A DNA stretch of 59,623 nt from Burkholderiales bacterium (lineage in GTDB: Bacteria; Pseudomonadota; Gammaproteobacteria; Burkholderiales; JAHFRG01): assembly GCA_035624535.1 (NCBI GenBank), contig DASPRI010000209.1:1-59623 (forward strand). The letters are read 5' to 3'. The stretch's first letter is position 1; each line of letters starts with the position of its first letter. The position numbers and the translations under genes were made by a program. The notes under the pieces are model-generated. The model saw only the letters and a program-made list of their open reading frames with translations, searched no databases and was not told the origin of the DNA. Below are positions 1 to 11,507 of this stretch, in pieces.

Positions 1-145
1 CACGGAGATGGTGATGCCCGGGGACAATGTGACGGTGACGGTGGCCCTCATTGCCCCGATTGCCATGGAAGAAGGCTTACGCTTTGCCATCCGCGAAGGC
101 GGCCGCACCGTGGGCGCCGGCGTGGTCGCAAAGATAATTGAGTAA
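1..145 (+). CDS. tuf: Elongation factor Tu, C-terminal fragment (gene starts upstream of the window)
   Basis: Frame 2 reads [47 protein letters not shown] then stop at 143-145, the conserved EF-Tu C-terminus. It lies immediately upstream of rpsJ. Confidence 0.95.
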   Translation, partial: TEMVMPGDNVTVTVALIAPIAMEEGLRFAIREGGRTVGAGVVAKIIE

Positions 146-149
146 TGTC

Positions 150-458
150 ATGCAAAGCCAAAAGATACGCATCCGCCTTAAAGCCTTTGATTACCGCCTG
201 ATCGACCAGTCGGCGCTGGAAATCGTCGAGACTGCGAAACGCACCGGGGCGGTGGTGAAAGGACCCGTGCCGTTGCCGACGCGCATCGAACGCTTTGATG
301 TGCTGCGTTCCCCGCATGCCGATAAAACGTCCCGCGACCAGTTTGAAATCCGCACTCACTTGCGCTTAATGGATATTCTTGATCCTACCGACAAAACAGT
401 GGATGCGCTGATGAAACTGGATTTGCCAGCTGGTGTGGACGTGGAGATTAAATTATAG
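150..458 (+). CDS. rpsJ: 30S ribosomal protein S10
   Basis: [21 protein letters not shown]... is the canonical S10 N-terminus. The ORF track start at 138 adds 4 residues and overlaps tuf, so the ATG at 150 is preferred. Confidence 0.95.
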   Translation: MQSQKIRIRLKAFDYRLIDQSALEIVETAKRTGAVVKGPVPLPTRIERFDVLRSPHADKTSRDQFEIRTHLRLMDILDPTDKTVDALMKLDLPAGVDVEIKL

Positions 459-581
459 CGATAAGCTGGCGGTAACGCGCGAGGCGCGGGAGCACGAATG
501 TTTTTTGCCTCGCAGCTCTGACAGCTCGCAAAATTATGTTGCCGGTCAACTGTAACCGGCGCCTTACTAAAGGTGAAGAAA

Positions 582-1226
582 ATGAGTTTGGGACTGGTTG
601 GTCGCAAGATTGGAATGACCCGCATTTTTACCGATGACGGCGATACTTTGCCGGTTACGGTACTGGACGTTTCTAACAATCGCGTCACTCAGATCAAAAC
701 CCCCGAGGCCGACGGTTATGCCGCCGTGCAAGTCACCTATGGCAAACGCCGCGCAACTCGTGTCAACAAGGCTGCAGCCGGGCATTTTGCCAAAGCAGCA
801 GTGGAAGCGGGCAGCATCCTCAGGGAATTCAGGGTTACGCAAGAAGAGCTTGGCAAGGTGAAAATCGGCGCTGCCATTGGAGTGGATATTTTCAAGGTGG
901 GGCAAAAAGTGGATGTGAGCGGTACCAGCAAAGGCAAGGGTTTTGCTGGAGTGATCAAGCGCCATCACTTCAAATCCAACCGCGCGAGTCACGGCAACTC
1001 AATTTCCCACAATAAGCCGGGATCAACAGGCCAGGCACAGGATCCCGGGCGTGTTTTTCCGGGAAAGCGCATGCCCGGACAATTGGGCAATGTGAAGCGC
1101 ACCGCGCTCAATCTGGAAGTGCTGCGCATCGATGCCGAACGCCAGCTGCTGCTGGTCAAAGGCGCGCTGCCGGGAGCGACTGGAGGCGACGTGATTGTGC
1201 GTCCCACAGTGAAAACGGGAAAATGA
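582..1226 (+). CDS. rplC: 50S ribosomal protein L3
   Basis: [16 protein letters not shown]... matches L3. The ATG at 582 is preceded by AAGGTGA, and the GTG at 573 sits inside that RBS. Confidence 0.95.
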   Translation: MSLGLVGRKIGMTRIFTDDGDTLPVTVLDVSNNRVTQIKTPEADGYAAVQVTYGKRRATRVNKAAAGHFAKAAVEAGSILREFRVTQEELGKVKIGAAIGVDIFKVGQKVDVSGTSKGKGFAGVIKRHHFKSNRASHGNSISHNKPGSTGQAQDPGRVFPGKRMPGQLGNVKRTALNLEVLRIDAERQLLLVKGALPGATGGDVIVRPTVKTGK

Positions 1227-1843
1227 TGGAACTAAAACTGATTAAAGAAAAGGGCAAGTCCTCGACCATCGAGGCTTCTGACGTTTTGTTTGGGCGCGAA
1301 TACAACGAAGCGCTGGTGCACCAGGTGGTGACTGCTTACCTCGCCAACGCCAGAGCGGGGACACGGGCTCAGAAAGGCCGCAGCGATGTTGCCAAGTCCA
1401 CACGCAAGCCATGGCGCCAGAAAGGCACCGGTCGTGCCCGCGCCGGGATGGCATCTAGCCCCTTGTGGCGCGGCGGCGGCAAGATTTTCCCCAGTCTGCC
1501 GGACGAAAATTTCAGCCAGAAAGTAAATAGAAAAATGTACCGAGCCGGAATGTGCTCGATTCTCTCGCAGTTAGTGCGCGAAGGCCGCCTCTCCGTGGTG
1601 GAGAATTTCAGCTTGGAAGCACCAAAGACTAAGCTCCTGGTGCAGAAATTGAAGAGTATGGGGTTTGAAAACGTGATAATCATTACCGATAGCCTGGACG
1701 AGAATCTTTACCTGTCATCTCGCAACTTGCCCAATGTATGCGTGATCAGGCCCGGCCAAACCGATCCGGTGAGCCTGATCCGGTTCCACAACGTGCTGCT
1801 GACCAAGGGCGCGGTGCAAAAAATAGAGGAGATGCTGACATGA
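1226..1843 (+). CDS. rplD: 50S ribosomal protein L4
   Basis: [10 protein letters not shown]...[41 protein letters not shown] matches L4. The start is either 1223 or 1226, overlapping the rplC stop. Confidence 0.95.
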   Translation: MELKLIKEKGKSSTIEASDVLFGREYNEALVHQVVTAYLANARAGTRAQKGRSDVAKSTRKPWRQKGTGRARAGMASSPLWRGGGKIFPSLPDENFSQKVNRKMYRAGMCSILSQLVREGRLSVVENFSLEAPKTKLLVQKLKSMGFENVIIITDSLDENLYLSSRNLPNVCVIRPGQTDPVSLIRFHNVLLTKGAVQKIEEMLT

Positions 1844-2166
1844 GCGCCTTCAATAAGGAACGCCTCATGCGAATTATCCTCGCGCCGCAGGTTTCAGAAA
1901 AAAGCACTCGCTTGGGAGACAAGCACGGGCAAGTTGTATTGCGGGTGGCGACCGATGCTACCAAAACCGAGATCAAGGCCGCAGTCGAGCTTTTGTTCAG
2001 CCCCAAGGATAAGAAGATAGAAGTGCTTTCGGTACAAGTGGCAAACATGCGAGGCAAAGACAAGCGCTTCGGCAGTTACGTGGGGCGCCGAAAGAACTGG
2101 AAAAAAGCCTATGTATGCCTGAAGCCCGGTCACGATATCAATTTCGCTGCGGCGGAGAATAAATAA
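1840..2166 (+). CDS. rplW: 50S ribosomal protein L23
   Basis: [23 protein letters not shown]... matches L23. It has an ATGA overlap with the rplD stop, and the upstream part of the ORF-track entry is spurious. Confidence 0.93.
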   Translation: MSAFNKERLMRIILAPQVSEKSTRLGDKHGQVVLRVATDATKTEIKAAVELLFSPKDKKIEVLSVQVANMRGKDKRFGSYVGRRKNWKKAYVCLKPGHDINFAAAENK

Positions 2167-2999
2167 TGGCCCTTATCAAGGTAAAACCGACATCACCGGG
2201 GCGCCGTGCCGTGGTCAAACTTGTGAGCCGGGAATTACACAAGGGCGCGCCGTATGCGCCACTGGTTGAGCGGCAAGCGAAACGGGCCGGTCGCAATAAC
2301 TGGGGCCATATCACTACCCGCCATCAAGGCGGTGGTCACAAGCAACACTACCGGATAGTGGATTTTCGTCGCGACAAGGACGGCATCGCGGCCAAGGTGG
2401 AGCGTCTGGAGTATGACCCGAATCGCAGCGCGCATCTGGCGCTGCTTTGCTACGCCGACGGCGAGCGCCGTTACATCATTGCGCCCAAGGGGCTGACCGT
2501 GGGCACGCAACTGGTGAACGGGCCGGAAGCACCAATCAAGAGCGGCAATGCGCTTCCCCTCAGGAATATTCCGGTCGGCACTATCGTACATTGCGTGGAA
2601 ATGCTGCCAGGCAAGGGCGCGCAGTTGGCGCGCGCAGCCGGCACTTCGGCGCAACTGCTCGCGCGCGAGGGCAGCTACGCGCAGCTGCGCTTGCGCTCGG
2701 GCGAAATCCGCAAAGTAAATATTGAATGCCGTGCCACCATTGGCGAGGTCGGTAACGAGGAAAATTCGCTGCGTTCAATTGGCAAAGCTGGCGCACAGCG
2801 CTGGCGCGGCATACGGCCGACCGTGCGTGGGGTGGCGATGAACCCAATCGATCATCCGCACGGCGGGGGTGAAGGCAAAACCGCCGCTGGACAGCCCCCG
2901 GTCAGTCCCTGGGGCACGCAAACCAAGGGCTACAAGACTCGCCGCAATAAACGTACAGCGGCAATGATTGTGAGCCGACGTCGTAAAACAAAGGCATAA
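2166..2999 (+). CDS. rplB: 50S ribosomal protein L2
   Basis: 277 aa with [22 protein letters not shown] and [13 protein letters not shown] motifs. Confidence 0.97.
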   Translation: MALIKVKPTSPGRRAVVKLVSRELHKGAPYAPLVERQAKRAGRNNWGHITTRHQGGGHKQHYRIVDFRRDKDGIAAKVERLEYDPNRSAHLALLCYADGERRYIIAPKGLTVGTQLVNGPEAPIKSGNALPLRNIPVGTIVHCVEMLPGKGAQLARAAGTSAQLLAREGSYAQLRLRSGEIRKVNIECRATIGEVGNEENSLRSIGKAGAQRWRGIRPTVRGVAMNPIDHPHGGGEGKTAAGQPPVSPWGTQTKGYKTRRNKRTAAMIVSRRRKTKA

Positions 3000-3002
3000 G
3001 AT

Positions 3003-3347
3003 ATGGCGCGCTCGGTTAAAAAGGGTCCGTTTGTAGATATTCACCTCATGAAAAAAGTGGAAGCGGCACGCGCCGCCAATGACAAGCGCCCGATTAAGAC
3101 CTGGTCACGGCGCTCCACCGTGCTGCCGGATTTCGTGGGGCTCACTATTGCGGTGCATAACGGCAAGCAACATGTACCTGTGTACGTGACCGAAAACATG
3201 GTGGGGCATAAGCTCGGCGAGTTTTCCCACACCCGCTTTTTCAAGGGCCATTCAGCCGAGAAGAAAACCTCTGAACTTGAAGAAGCAGGTCGTGAGGTGG
3301 GCAAAGAGGCAGGTAAAGAACCGGCAAAAGAAGCGGAGAAAAAATAG
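3003..3347 (+). CDS. rpsS: 30S ribosomal protein S19 with a C-terminal Lys/Glu-rich extension of about 22 aa
   Basis: [20 protein letters not shown]...[16 protein letters not shown] matches S19. At 114 aa it is longer than the roughly 92 aa typical form. Confidence 0.95.
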   Translation: MARSVKKGPFVDIHLMKKVEAARAANDKRPIKTWSRRSTVLPDFVGLTIAVHNGKQHVPVYVTENMVGHKLGEFSHTRFFKGHSAEKKTSELEEAGREVGKEAGKEPAKEAEKK

Positions 3348-3353
3348 GAGACG

Positions 3354-3689
3354 ATGGTGAAAACCTCTGCGGTACTGCGGGGCGTGCGTTTATCGGCACA
3401 AAAAGGGCGGCTGGTGGCGGACCAGATCCGTGGCCTGCCCGTAGATAAGGCGCTTAACATGCTCACGTTCAGCCCCAAGAGAGGCGCGGGAATCATCAGG
3501 AAAGTACTGGAATCGGCAATTGCCAATGCCGAGCACAATGACGGAGCCGACATTGACGAGCTTAAAGTGACCACCATTTACATCGAACGCGGTGCGAGCC
3601 TTAAACGGTTTACGGCACGCGCCAAAGGTCGCGGCAACCGTATCACCAAGCCCACCTGCCACATTTATGTGACGGTGGGCGACAAATAA
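3354..3689 (+). CDS. rplV: 50S ribosomal protein L22
   Basis: [22 protein letters not shown] motif, 111 aa, in the expected operon position. Confidence 0.96.
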   Translation: MVKTSAVLRGVRLSAQKGRLVADQIRGLPVDKALNMLTFSPKRGAGIIRKVLESAIANAEHNDGADIDELKVTTIYIERGASLKRFTARAKGRGNRITKPTCHIYVTVGDK

Positions 3690-3698
3690 AGGAGCGTC

Positions 3699-4655
3699 AT
3701 GGGACAAAAGATTCATCCAACGGGTTTTCGCCTCTCCGTGCTGCGTAACTGGAGTTCGCGCTGGTACGCGAACAGCAAGTATTTTCCTGAAATGCTGAAC
3801 GAAGATATCAAGGTACGCGAATTTCTGAGAAACAAGCTTAGCCATGCTGCGGTAGGTAAAGTGGTGATCGAGCGGCCGGCGAAGAACGCTAGGATCACGG
3901 TTTACAGCGCAAGACCCGGCGTAGTCATCGGCAAAAAAGGCGAGGACATTGAATCTCTGAAAATTGAGCTGCAAAAACTGATGAACATTCCTGTGCACGT
4001 CAACATTGAAGAGATCCGCAAACCAGAGCTGGATGCACAACTGATTGCCGAGAGTATCGCCCAGCAACTCCAGAAGCGCATTATGTTCCGGCGTGCTATG
4101 AAGCGCGCGATCACCAACGCCATGCGCCTGGGGGCGCAGGGTATCAAAATCGCAAGCTCCGGGAGACTCAACGGCATTGAAATCGCGCGCAGCGAATGGT
4201 ACCGCGAAGGCCGGGTCCCGCTACATACCTTGCGCGCTGATATTGATTACGGATTCGCAGAAGCGAAAACCACCTATGGCGTGATCGGCATCAAGGTATG
4301 GGTATTCAAAGGTGAGTTGATGGGGCAAACCGAGCAGCCGCAGGCTGCACCGGCAGTAGAAATGGAAAAGAAAATCAAACCACAACCTCAACGCAGTGAA
4401 ATTGAAGCCAAGCACGAGGCGCCGCGCGAACTCGAACAGAAACCGAGACTGAAACCAAGCGAGCCCAAAGCCGGGCAAGCGGAGAGCCCCAGAACCAAAG
4501 CCAAGCCCAAGCGTGAAGCCGAAGCCAAGCGCAAGGTTACGGTGGAAGTCAAAACTAAAAGCAAAAGCCGCAGCACGGCTAAAGCCAAAGCGGCAACCGT
4601 CGCAATCGAGACCAAGCCCAAAGCTGCCCGCGGCGGGAGCAAAGCAAAAAAGTGA
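3699..4655 (+). CDS. rpsC: 30S ribosomal protein S3 with a long Lys/Ala/Glu/Pro-rich C-terminal tail
   Basis: [12 protein letters not shown]... and the KH/S3-C domains run through VWVFKGE, followed by a low-complexity tail of about 109 aa. Total length is 318 aa. Confidence 0.95.
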   Translation: MGQKIHPTGFRLSVLRNWSSRWYANSKYFPEMLNEDIKVREFLRNKLSHAAVGKVVIERPAKNARITVYSARPGVVIGKKGEDIESLKIELQKLMNIPVHVNIEEIRKPELDAQLIAESIAQQLQKRIMFRRAMKRAITNAMRLGAQGIKIASSGRLNGIEIARSEWYREGRVPLHTLRADIDYGFAEAKTTYGVIGIKVWVFKGELMGQTEQPQAAPAVEMEKKIKPQPQRSEIEAKHEAPRELEQKPRLKPSEPKAGQAESPRTKAKPKREAEAKRKVTVEVKTKSKSRSTAKAKAATVAIETKPKAARGGSKAKK

Positions 4656-4670
4656 ATTCAGGAGCGATAA

Positions 4671-5084
4671 ATGCTGCAACCCGCGAGAACTAAGTACCGC
4701 AAACAGCAAAAAGGCCGCAACACCGGTGTGGCCACGCGCGGCAATAAGGTAAGCTTCGGCGAATTTGGCCTGAAGGCAATTACTCGTGGTCGGCTGACTT
4801 CGCGTCAGATCGAATCGGCGCGGCGTGCCATGACCCATTACATCAAGCGCGGCGGACGCATCTGGATACGTATTTTCCCCGACAAACCGGTTTCACAAAA
4901 GCCCGCTGAAGTACGCATGGGTAACGGCAAGGGAAATCCCGAATACTTTGTCGCTGAAATTCAGCCCGGCAAGGTGTTGTATGAAATGGACGGGGTCAAC
5001 GAGGAATCGGCGCGCGAGGCATTCCGTCTGGCAGCGGCGAAGCTGCCGATACTAACGACGTTTGTGGTACGGCAAATGGGGTAA
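4671..5084 (+). CDS. rplP: 50S ribosomal protein L16
   Basis: [19 protein letters not shown]... matches L16, 137 aa. Confidence 0.97.
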   Translation: MLQPARTKYRKQQKGRNTGVATRGNKVSFGEFGLKAITRGRLTSRQIESARRAMTHYIKRGGRIWIRIFPDKPVSQKPAEVRMGNGKGNPEYFVAEIQPGKVLYEMDGVNEESAREAFRLAAAKLPILTTFVVRQMG

Positions 5085-5087
5085 ACG

Positions 5088-5282
5088 GTGAAAATCAGCG
5101 AATTAAGGATCATGCAGGAAGCGGAACTTAAGCAGGAGCTAGCAGAACTGCTCAAAGCACAATTCGGCCTGCGTATGCAAAAGGCGACGCAACAGCTTGC
5201 CAATTTCAGCCAGTTGCGCAAGGTGCGGAAGGATATTGCGCGGGTGAATACCGTGCTTACCGAAAAGGCGAAACGGCCGTGA
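5088..5282 (+). CDS. rpmC: 50S ribosomal protein L29
   Basis: GTG start; KISELR...[18 protein letters not shown] matches L29, 64 aa. Confidence 0.92.
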   Translation: MKISELRIMQEAELKQELAELLKAQFGLRMQKATQQLANFSQLRKVRKDIARVNTVLTEKAKRP

Positions 5283-5539
5283 GCGAAACATCCAAGCGAA
5301 CCTTGAGTGGCCGCGTGGTGAGCGACAAAATGGACAAAACGGTAACCGTGCTGGTCGAGCGCAAGGTGCGACACCCCTTGTACGGTAAAATTATCACCCG
5401 TTCCAAGAAATACCATGCGCATGATGATAAGAATGAGTTTCATGAGGGCGATGTTGTGCTAATCGAGGAATGCCGGCCGGTTTCCAAAACCAAAACGTGG
5501 CGGGTGAGCAAACTAATCGAGAAAGCGCGCATCGTTTGA
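5279..5539 (+). CDS. rpsQ: 30S ribosomal protein S17
   Basis: GTG start overlapping the rpmC stop; [31 protein letters not shown] matches S17. Confidence 0.94.
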   Translation: MSETSKRTLSGRVVSDKMDKTVTVLVERKVRHPLYGKIITRSKKYHAHDDKNEFHEGDVVLIEECRPVSKTKTWRVSKLIEKARIV

Positions 5540-5540
5540 T

Positions 5541-5569
5541 TTGCCTTCGGATGGGATATCCTTTATCAT
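5541..5569 (+). promoter_or_regulatory. Candidate sigma70 promoter of the spc operon
   Basis: TTGCCT (5541-5546), a 17 nt spacer, then TATCAT (5564-5569). It lies in the 163 bp rpsQ-rplN gap, where the S10/spc operon boundary is expected. Confidence 0.4.
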
Positions 5570-5702
5570 TCACGCTCTTCCGATGCATGTGGTATCTATT
5601 TTTTGTTATTTTAATAGTTTAGCGTTTCTTGCCTGACGGGATCCAAGACTGACCGTCAATTCGTGTAAGCGGTGGCGGTTTAAGTTGGAGATATGAACCA
5701 AA

Positions 5703-6071
5703 ATGATTCAAATGCAGACTGTGCTGGACGTCGCGGACAACACCGGCGCGCGCACCGTGATGTGCATCAAGGTACTTGGCGGATCGAAACGCCGGTACGC
5801 GGGCATTGGCGACGTTATCAAAGTGAGCGTCAAGGACGCTGTGCCACGCGGCCGGGTCAAGAAGGGCGAAATCTATCATGCTGTGGTCGTGCGCACCGCC
5901 AAAGGGGTGCGGCGGACGGACGGATCGCTCATCAAATTTGACGGCAACGCTGCAGTGCTGTTGAGTCCCAAGCTGGAACCGATCGGAACGCGAATTTTCG
6001 GCCCGGTGACGCGCGAGCTGCGTACCGAACGTTTCATGAAGATTGTGTCTTTGGCACCGGAAGTGCTGTAG
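5703..6071 (+). CDS. rplN: 50S ribosomal protein L14
   Basis: [17 protein letters not shown]... matches L14, 122 aa. Confidence 0.97.
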   Translation: MIQMQTVLDVADNTGARTVMCIKVLGGSKRRYAGIGDVIKVSVKDAVPRGRVKKGEIYHAVVVRTAKGVRRTDGSLIKFDGNAAVLLSPKLEPIGTRIFGPVTRELRTERFMKIVSLAPEVL

Positions 6072-6082
6072 GAAAGTAATTT

Positions 6083-6400
6083 ATGCGCAAAATCAGGAAA
6101 GGCGATAATGTCATTGTGACCACCGGCAAGGACAAAGGCCGGCGCGGCTCGGTATTACGGCTGATAGATGCGGAGCATGTATTAGTGGAAGGAGTGAACA
6201 AGGTAAAAAAACATCAGAAACCCAATCCCATGAAAAACAACGTCGGCGGAATAATTGACAAAGAAATGCCGATCCATATTTCCAACGTCATGTTATTTAA
6301 TCCCACCACTCAGAAGGCTGATCGTGTCGGCATTAAAGTGCTGGATGATGGGCGCAGGGTGCGCTATTTCAAGTCCAACGGCGAAATGGTGGACGCCTGA
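6083..6400 (+). CDS. rplX: 50S ribosomal protein L24
   Basis: [24 protein letters not shown] (KOW motif), 105 aa. Confidence 0.96.
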   Translation: MRKIRKGDNVIVTTGKDKGRRGSVLRLIDAEHVLVEGVNKVKKHQKPNPMKNNVGGIIDKEMPIHISNVMLFNPTTQKADRVGIKVLDDGRRVRYFKSNGEMVDA

Positions 6401-6412
6401 AAGTAGACAGAC

Positions 6413-6952
6413 ATGCCCCGTTTACAAACTCTCTATAGAAACACCGCGGTCAAGCAGTTGATGAAGCAGTTTGGTTACAAAACGCCAATGCAGGTGCCCC
6501 GCATCAGCAAAATTACCCTAAACATGGGGGTAGGAGAGGCAGTTGCGGACAAGAAGATTATGGACAACGCGGTTGCAGATCTCCAGAAAATTGCCGGACA
6601 AAAACCGGTTGTCACGAAATCCCGAAAGTCCATTGCCGTATTCAAGATTCGCAGAGGCTATCCTGTCGGCTGCACGGTCACACTGCGGGACAAGCGCATG
6701 TATGAGTTTCTCGACCGCCTGGTGTCCATTGCAATCCCGCGCATTCGCGACTTTCGTGGACTGTCGGCCAAATCTTTCGACGGCCGCGGCAATTACAACA
6801 TTGGGGTCAAGGAACAGATCATTTTTCCGGAGATCGAGTACGACAAAATTGACGCACTGCGCGGACTTAATATCACGATCACCACCACCGCTAAGACTGA
6901 CGAGGAGGCGCGCGCGCTTCTCGCAGCATTTAATTTCCCGTTCAAGAGTTGA
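6413..6952 (+). CDS. rplE: 50S ribosomal protein L5
   Basis: 179 aa; [10 protein letters not shown] and [16 protein letters not shown] motifs. Confidence 0.97.
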   Translation: MPRLQTLYRNTAVKQLMKQFGYKTPMQVPRISKITLNMGVGEAVADKKIMDNAVADLQKIAGQKPVVTKSRKSIAVFKIRRGYPVGCTVTLRDKRMYEFLDRLVSIAIPRIRDFRGLSAKSFDGRGNYNIGVKEQIIFPEIEYDKIDALRGLNITITTTAKTDEEARALLAAFNFPFKS

Positions 6953-6960
6953 GGTTCGGC

Positions 6961-7266
6961 ATGGCAAAAACAGCGTTGATTAACCGTGACCAGAAACGCC
7001 GCGCCGTGGTCAAGAAATTTGCCGCGAAGCGGGCCGAGTTACTGGCCATCATCCGCAATATCAAGTTAAGCGAGGAGGACAGGCATGAGGCGAGGCTTAA
7101 ATTGCAACAGCTACCCCGCAATGCCAGCCCCGTGAGACTGCGGAATCGCTGTTCGCTGACCGGACGGCCGCGCGGCGTGTACCGGAAATTCGGCCTGGGC
7201 CGCAGTAAGCTCCGGGAAATTGCTATGCGTGGCGAGATTCCAGGCATCATCAAGGCCAGTTGGTAA
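6961..7266 (+). CDS. rpsN: 30S ribosomal protein S14
   Basis: [14 protein letters not shown]...IPGIIKASW matches S14, 101 aa. GAGG lies upstream of the ATG at 6961. Confidence 0.95.
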   Translation: MAKTALINRDQKRRAVVKKFAAKRAELLAIIRNIKLSEEDRHEARLKLQQLPRNASPVRLRNRCSLTGRPRGVYRKFGLGRSKLREIAMRGEIPGIIKASW

Positions 7267-7278
7267 GGGATAAAAGAC

Positions 7279-7674
7279 ATGAGTATGACTGATCCCATTG
7301 CCGATATGCTGACGTGCATCCGCAATGCCCAGCTTGCGGAAAAAACAAACGTGGCGATTCCTTCCTCGAGGCTGAAAGTGGCGATCGCCCAGGTGCTCAA
7401 GGAAGAAGGTTATGTTGAAGAGTTTGCAGTGCGGGAGTTGCAAGGAAAGGCGCAGCTCGAAATCGCCCTAAAATACTATGCCGGTCGTCCGGTGATCGAA
7501 AAAATAGAGCGCGTGAGTCGACCGGGATTGCGTATCTATAAAGCCAACCGCGATATCCCGAAAGTGATGAACGGTATGGGTATCGCCATTATCTCCACTT
7601 CCAAAGGGGTGATGACTGACCGCAAGGCGCGAGCTACCGGTCTGGGCGGCGAAGTGCTGTGTATTGTTGCATAA
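7279..7674 (+). CDS. rpsH: 30S ribosomal protein S8
   Basis: [17 protein letters not shown]... matches S8, 131 aa. Confidence 0.97.
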   Translation: MSMTDPIADMLTCIRNAQLAEKTNVAIPSSRLKVAIAQVLKEEGYVEEFAVRELQGKAQLEIALKYYAGRPVIEKIERVSRPGLRIYKANRDIPKVMNGMGIAIISTSKGVMTDRKARATGLGGEVLCIVA

Positions 7675-7694
7675 TTAAATAGGTCCATGAGGAA

Positions 7695-8228
7695 ATGTCG
7701 CGAATAGGCAATAATCCGGTGACGGTGCCGGCAGGAGTCGAAGTCACATTGTCGCCGGCCGAAGTCGTGGTGAAAGGCCCATTGGGAACCTTGAAGCAAC
7801 GTCTCAAGGGAGACGTCACGGTCGAGCGCGATGGAAACAAGTTGCTATTCAAGGTGACCAACAAAATGCCGCAGGCCAATATTATGTCCGGCACGCTGCG
7901 TGCATTGGTTGCCAACATGATTCATGGGGTGACCAAGGGGTTCGAGAAAAAGCTCACTTTGGTCGGCGTAGGCTTCCGAGCTCAAGCGCAGGGCGATAAG
8001 CTCAATTTGACAGTCGGATTCGCGCACCCGGTGGTGCATCAGATGCCCAAAGGCGTCAAAGTTGAAACACCCTCTCAGACCGACATCGTGATTAAAGGTA
8101 CAGACAAACAGCTGGTGGGGCAAATGGCTGCTGAAGTGCGTGCTTATCGCAAGCCCGAGCCGTATAAAGGCAAAGGCGTGCGCTATGCTGACGAAGTGGT
8201 GAACATGAAAGAGACTAAAAAGAAGTAG
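7695..8228 (+). CDS. rplF: 50S ribosomal protein L6
   Basis: [17 protein letters not shown]... matches L6, 177 aa. Confidence 0.97.
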   Translation: MSRIGNNPVTVPAGVEVTLSPAEVVVKGPLGTLKQRLKGDVTVERDGNKLLFKVTNKMPQANIMSGTLRALVANMIHGVTKGFEKKLTLVGVGFRAQAQGDKLNLTVGFAHPVVHQMPKGVKVETPSQTDIVIKGTDKQLVGQMAAEVRAYRKPEPYKGKGVRYADEVVNMKETKKK

Positions 8229-8236
8229 ACGAGCAT

Positions 8237-8593
8237 ATGGACCAGAAGAAACAAGCGCGACTGCGACGCTCGCGTAAGACTCGCAATAAAATTGCCGAGC
8301 TCAAGGCATTGCGCCTGATGGTGCACCGTACCAATTACCATATCTACGCACAGGTGGCCGATGCCAATGGCGCCAGGATCCTGGTGGCGGCTTCGACACT
8401 GGAGCCCGAAGTGCGCAAGAAACTGAAATACGGTGGTAACGTCAAGGCTGCGTCGGTGGTGGGCAAGCGCATTGCTGAAAAAGCCAAGAAGCAGGGCATC
8501 GTGAGCGTAGCCTTTGATCGTTCAGGGTTCAAGTATCACGGCCGTGTCAAAGCGTTGGCAGAAGCCGCACGCGAGCACGGCCTGAAATTTTAG
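8237..8593 (+). CDS. rplR: 50S ribosomal protein L18
   Basis: 118 aa; [15 protein letters not shown] and [27 protein letters not shown] motifs. Confidence 0.97.
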   Translation: MDQKKQARLRRSRKTRNKIAELKALRLMVHRTNYHIYAQVADANGARILVAASTLEPEVRKKLKYGGNVKAASVVGKRIAEKAKKQGIVSVAFDRSGFKYHGRVKALAEAAREHGLKF

Positions 8594-8604
8594 CGGGGTA
8601 AACA

Positions 8605-9114
8605 ATGGCGAAAATGCAACAGGCACAACCACGCAGCGACGGTCTCAGGGAGAAAATGGTTTCGGTCAACCGCGTCACTAAAGTGGTGAAAGGCGGCCGC
8701 GTCCTGGGATTTGCTGCGCTCACTGTGGTGGGCGACGGCGATGGCGGGGTTGGCATGGGCAAGGGCAAGGCGCGGGAAGTACCGGTGGCGGTGCAAAAAG
8801 CCATGGACGAAGCACGACGCAAAATGATCAAGGTCGCTCTCAAGAATGGCACGCTGTATCATCCCGTGGTGGGCAAACATGGTTCGGCGACGGTCTACAT
8901 GCAACCCGCCTGCGAAGGTACCGGAATTATTGCCGGAGGGCCGATGCGGGCGATTTTTGAAGTGATGGGTGTGAGCAACGTACTGGCCAAATGCATCGGT
9001 TCGACCAATCCCTACAACGTGGTGCGCGCTACCCTTAAGGGCTTGAAGGCGATGTACACGCCGTCGGAAATCGCGGCGAAGCGCGGCAAGACCGTGGAAC
9101 AAATATCGGAGTAA
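8605..9114 (+). CDS. rpsE: 30S ribosomal protein S5
   Basis: [42 protein letters not shown] matches S5, 169 aa. Confidence 0.97.
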   Translation: MAKMQQAQPRSDGLREKMVSVNRVTKVVKGGRVLGFAALTVVGDGDGGVGMGKGKAREVPVAVQKAMDEARRKMIKVALKNGTLYHPVVGKHGSATVYMQPACEGTGIIAGGPMRAIFEVMGVSNVLAKCIGSTNPYNVVRATLKGLKAMYTPSEIAAKRGKTVEQISE

Positions 9115-9116
9115 AA

Positions 9117-9311
9117 ATGGCCAAAAGAAAACCGTCCGGAAAGATAAGGGTGACTCTGGCGAAGAGCGTCATCAATACCAGCAAATCGCACCGCGCCACG
9201 GTGCGCGGTTTGGGCTTGCGCTGGCTGCACCACAGCGTTGAGCTCGAAGACACTCCCGCGGTACGCGGCATGATCAACAAAGTAAGCTACTTGGTGAAAT
9301 ACGAGGACTGA
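9117..9311 (+). CDS. rpmD: 50S ribosomal protein L30
   Basis: 64 aa; [26 protein letters not shown] motif, in the expected position. Confidence 0.93.
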   Translation: MAKRKPSGKIRVTLAKSVINTSKSHRATVRGLGLRWLHHSVELEDTPAVRGMINKVSYLVKYED

Positions 9312-9758
9312 ATGCAGCTCAACGGCATCAAGCCCGCTCTCGGCAGCAAGCGTAGCAGGCGCCGCGTTGCGCGCGGGCCCGGTTCGGGGTCGGGCAAAAC
9401 AGCGGGGCGCGGCCACAAAGGGCAGAAAGCGCGTTCCGGTGGCTTTCATAAGCTCGGTTTTGAGGGTGGGCAAATGCCGCTGCAACGCCGCCTTCCCAAA
9501 CGTGGTTTCATTTCGCCGAGCAAAATGCGTACTGCACAAGTGCGGCTTTCCGAGTTGAACGCCGTGGACGTAAAAGAAATTGACATCTTGGCGCTGAAAC
9601 AGGCGGGCATTGTGCCGGCAATGGCTCAGGACGTAAAGATCATGCTCTCCGGCAAGATTGCCCGCGCCGTCAAGCTTAAGGGCGTGCGAGTCAGCAAGGG
9701 CGCCCGTGCCGCTATCGAAGGAGCTGGCGGCAGCATTGAAGAGACCGCGAAAGGATAA
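9312..9758 (+). CDS. rplO: 50S ribosomal protein L15
   Basis: 148 aa; [20 protein letters not shown] motif. Confidence 0.96.
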   Translation: MQLNGIKPALGSKRSRRRVARGPGSGSGKTAGRGHKGQKARSGGFHKLGFEGGQMPLQRRLPKRGFISPSKMRTAQVRLSELNAVDVKEIDILALKQAGIVPAMAQDVKIMLSGKIARAVKLKGVRVSKGARAAIEGAGGSIEETAKG

Positions 9759-11087
9759 ATGGCTACCACCGACAATTCATTGCTCGGGATGTACGGCAAG
9801 ATGGGAGACCTCAAGAAACGCCTCCTGTTCTTGCTCGGGGCCCTCGTGGTCTACCGGATCGGGGCGCATATCCCGGTGCCAGGCATAGATCCGGCGCATC
9901 TTGCGGACCTGTTCCGCTCGCAGCAGGGCGGAATACTCGGCATGTTCAATGTATTTTCGGGCGGCGCGCTGTTGCGCTTTACCATATTTGCGCTGGGGAT
10001 ACTGCCTTATATTTCCTCATCCATCATCATGCAATTGATGACCGTAGTGTCGCCGCAACTTGAGGCTTTGAAAAAAGAGGGCGAATCCGGACGGCGGAAG
10101 ATCACCCAATACACTCGCTATGGCACGGTGTTGCTGGCGATGTTCCAGGGGATGGGCATTGCAATTGCGCTGGAATCGCAGCCGGGGCTGGTGCTCGACC
10201 CGGGAATCATGTTTCGGTTGACCACCATGGTAACGCTGGTGACCGGTACCATGTTTCTGATGTGGCTCGGTGAGCAGATTACCGAGCGCGGCGTCGGCAA
10301 CGGCATCTCGCTGATTATTTTCGCCGGTATTGTCGCCGGGCTGCCACACGCGGTTGGCGGGACGCTGGAATTGACTCGCACCGGGGCGTTTCCGATCCCG
10401 CTAGTGCTGCTGCTATTCGTTGGGGCCATCGTCATTACCGGCGTCGTGGTGTTCGTGGAGCGCGGTCAGCGCAAAATACTGGTGAATTACGCCAAGCGCC
10501 AAATCGGGCGCAAGATTTACGGTGGACAGAGCTCGCACCTACCGCTGAAACTGAACATGTCGGGAGTGATTCCGCCGATTTTCGCGTCCAGCATTATCCT
10601 GTTTCCTGCCACGCTTGCCGGTTGGTTCGGCAGCAGCGAGAAGTTAACCTGGCTTAAAGACATCGGAGCGACGCTTCATCCGGGCCAGCCAATTTATGTG
10701 CTGCTGTACGCTTCGGCGATCATTTTTTTCTGCTTCTTTTATACTGCGCTGGTGTTCAACCCCAAGGAAACCGCAGACAATCTGAAAAAAAGCGGCGCTT
10801 TCTTGCCAGGCATCCGGCCGGGAGAGCAGACCGGGCGCTATATCGAATACATCATGACGCGCCTCACGCTGGCGGGGGCGCTTTATGTGACCCTGGTGTG
10901 CCTGTTGCCAGAGTTCTTGATTGTGAAATGGAGCGTGCCATTTTATTTTGGCGGGACATCATTGTTAATCGTGGTCGTTGTAACCATGGATTTCATGGCG
11001 CAGGTGCAGGCCTACATCATGTCTCATCAGTATGAAAGCCTGCTGAAAAAAGCCAGTTTCAAGGGCGGTGGCTTGCCGGCGAGGTAA
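9759..11087 (+). CDS. secY: Preprotein translocase subunit SecY
   Basis: 442 aa polytopic membrane protein; [31 protein letters not shown] and [23 protein letters not shown] motifs. Confidence 0.97.
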   Translation: MATTDNSLLGMYGKMGDLKKRLLFLLGALVVYRIGAHIPVPGIDPAHLADLFRSQQGGILGMFNVFSGGALLRFTIFALGILPYISSSIIMQLMTVVSPQLEALKKEGESGRRKITQYTRYGTVLLAMFQGMGIAIALESQPGLVLDPGIMFRLTTMVTLVTGTMFLMWLGEQITERGVGNGISLIIFAGIVAGLPHAVGGTLELTRTGAFPIPLVLLLFVGAIVITGVVVFVERGQRKILVNYAKRQIGRKIYGGQSSHLPLKLNMSGVIPPIFASSIILFPATLAGWFGSSEKLTWLKDIGATLHPGQPIYVLLYASAIIFFCFFYTALVFNPKETADNLKKSGAFLPGIRPGEQTGRYIEYIMTRLTLAGALYVTLVCLLPEFLIVKWSVPFYFGGTSLLIVVVVTMDFMAQVQAYIMSHQYESLLKKASFKGGGLPAR

Positions 11088-11100
11088 AGCCGGAATAAGC

Positions 11101-11319
11101 ATGGCTAAGGAAGAAACGATACAGATGCAGGGGGAGATCCTGGAAACCCTTCCCAATGCCACGTTTCGCGTAAAACTCGAGAATGGACATGTTGTACTGG
11201 GACATATTTCCGGAAAGATGCGCATGCACTACATTCGCATCTTACCTGGTGACAAAGTGACGGTTGAACTTACTCCGTATGATTTAACTCGGGCGCGAAT
11301 CGTGTTCCGCGCCAAATGA
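11101..11319 (+). CDS. infA: Translation initiation factor IF-1
   Basis: [70 protein letters not shown], 72 aa. The upstream ORF extension overlaps secY and is spurious. Confidence 0.96.
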   Translation: MAKEETIQMQGEILETLPNATFRVKLENGHVVLGHISGKMRMHYIRILPGDKVTVELTPYDLTRARIVFRAK

Positions 11320-11329
11320 AGGAAAGGAA

Positions 11330-11443
11330 ATGAAAGTACGAACATCAGTGAAAAAGATGTGCCGCAAATGCAAAATCATCCGGCGCAAGCGCGTGGTGCG
11401 CGTAATTTGCTCGGACCCCCGGCATCGGCAACGCCAGGGCTAG
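11330..11443 (+). CDS. rpmJ: 50S ribosomal protein L36
   Basis: Not in the ORF track because it is under 60 aa. Manual translation gives [37 protein letters not shown] then TAG at 11441-11443. Confidence 0.93.
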   Translation: MKVRTSVKKMCRKCKIIRRKRVVRVICSDPRHRQRQG

Positions 11444-11452
11444 TCGACTCGA

Positions 11453-11481
11453 TTGAATACTTTGAGCATTAACCCTATAAT
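11453..11481 (+). promoter_or_regulatory. Candidate sigma70 promoter of the alpha operon (rpsM-rpsK-rpsD-rpoA-rplQ)
   Basis: TTGAAT (11453-11458), a 17 nt spacer, then TATAAT (11476-11481), 27 nt upstream of the rpsM ATG. Confidence 0.55.
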
Positions 11482-11507
11482 CACCAGTTTTTATCTTTAG
11501 GAACAGT

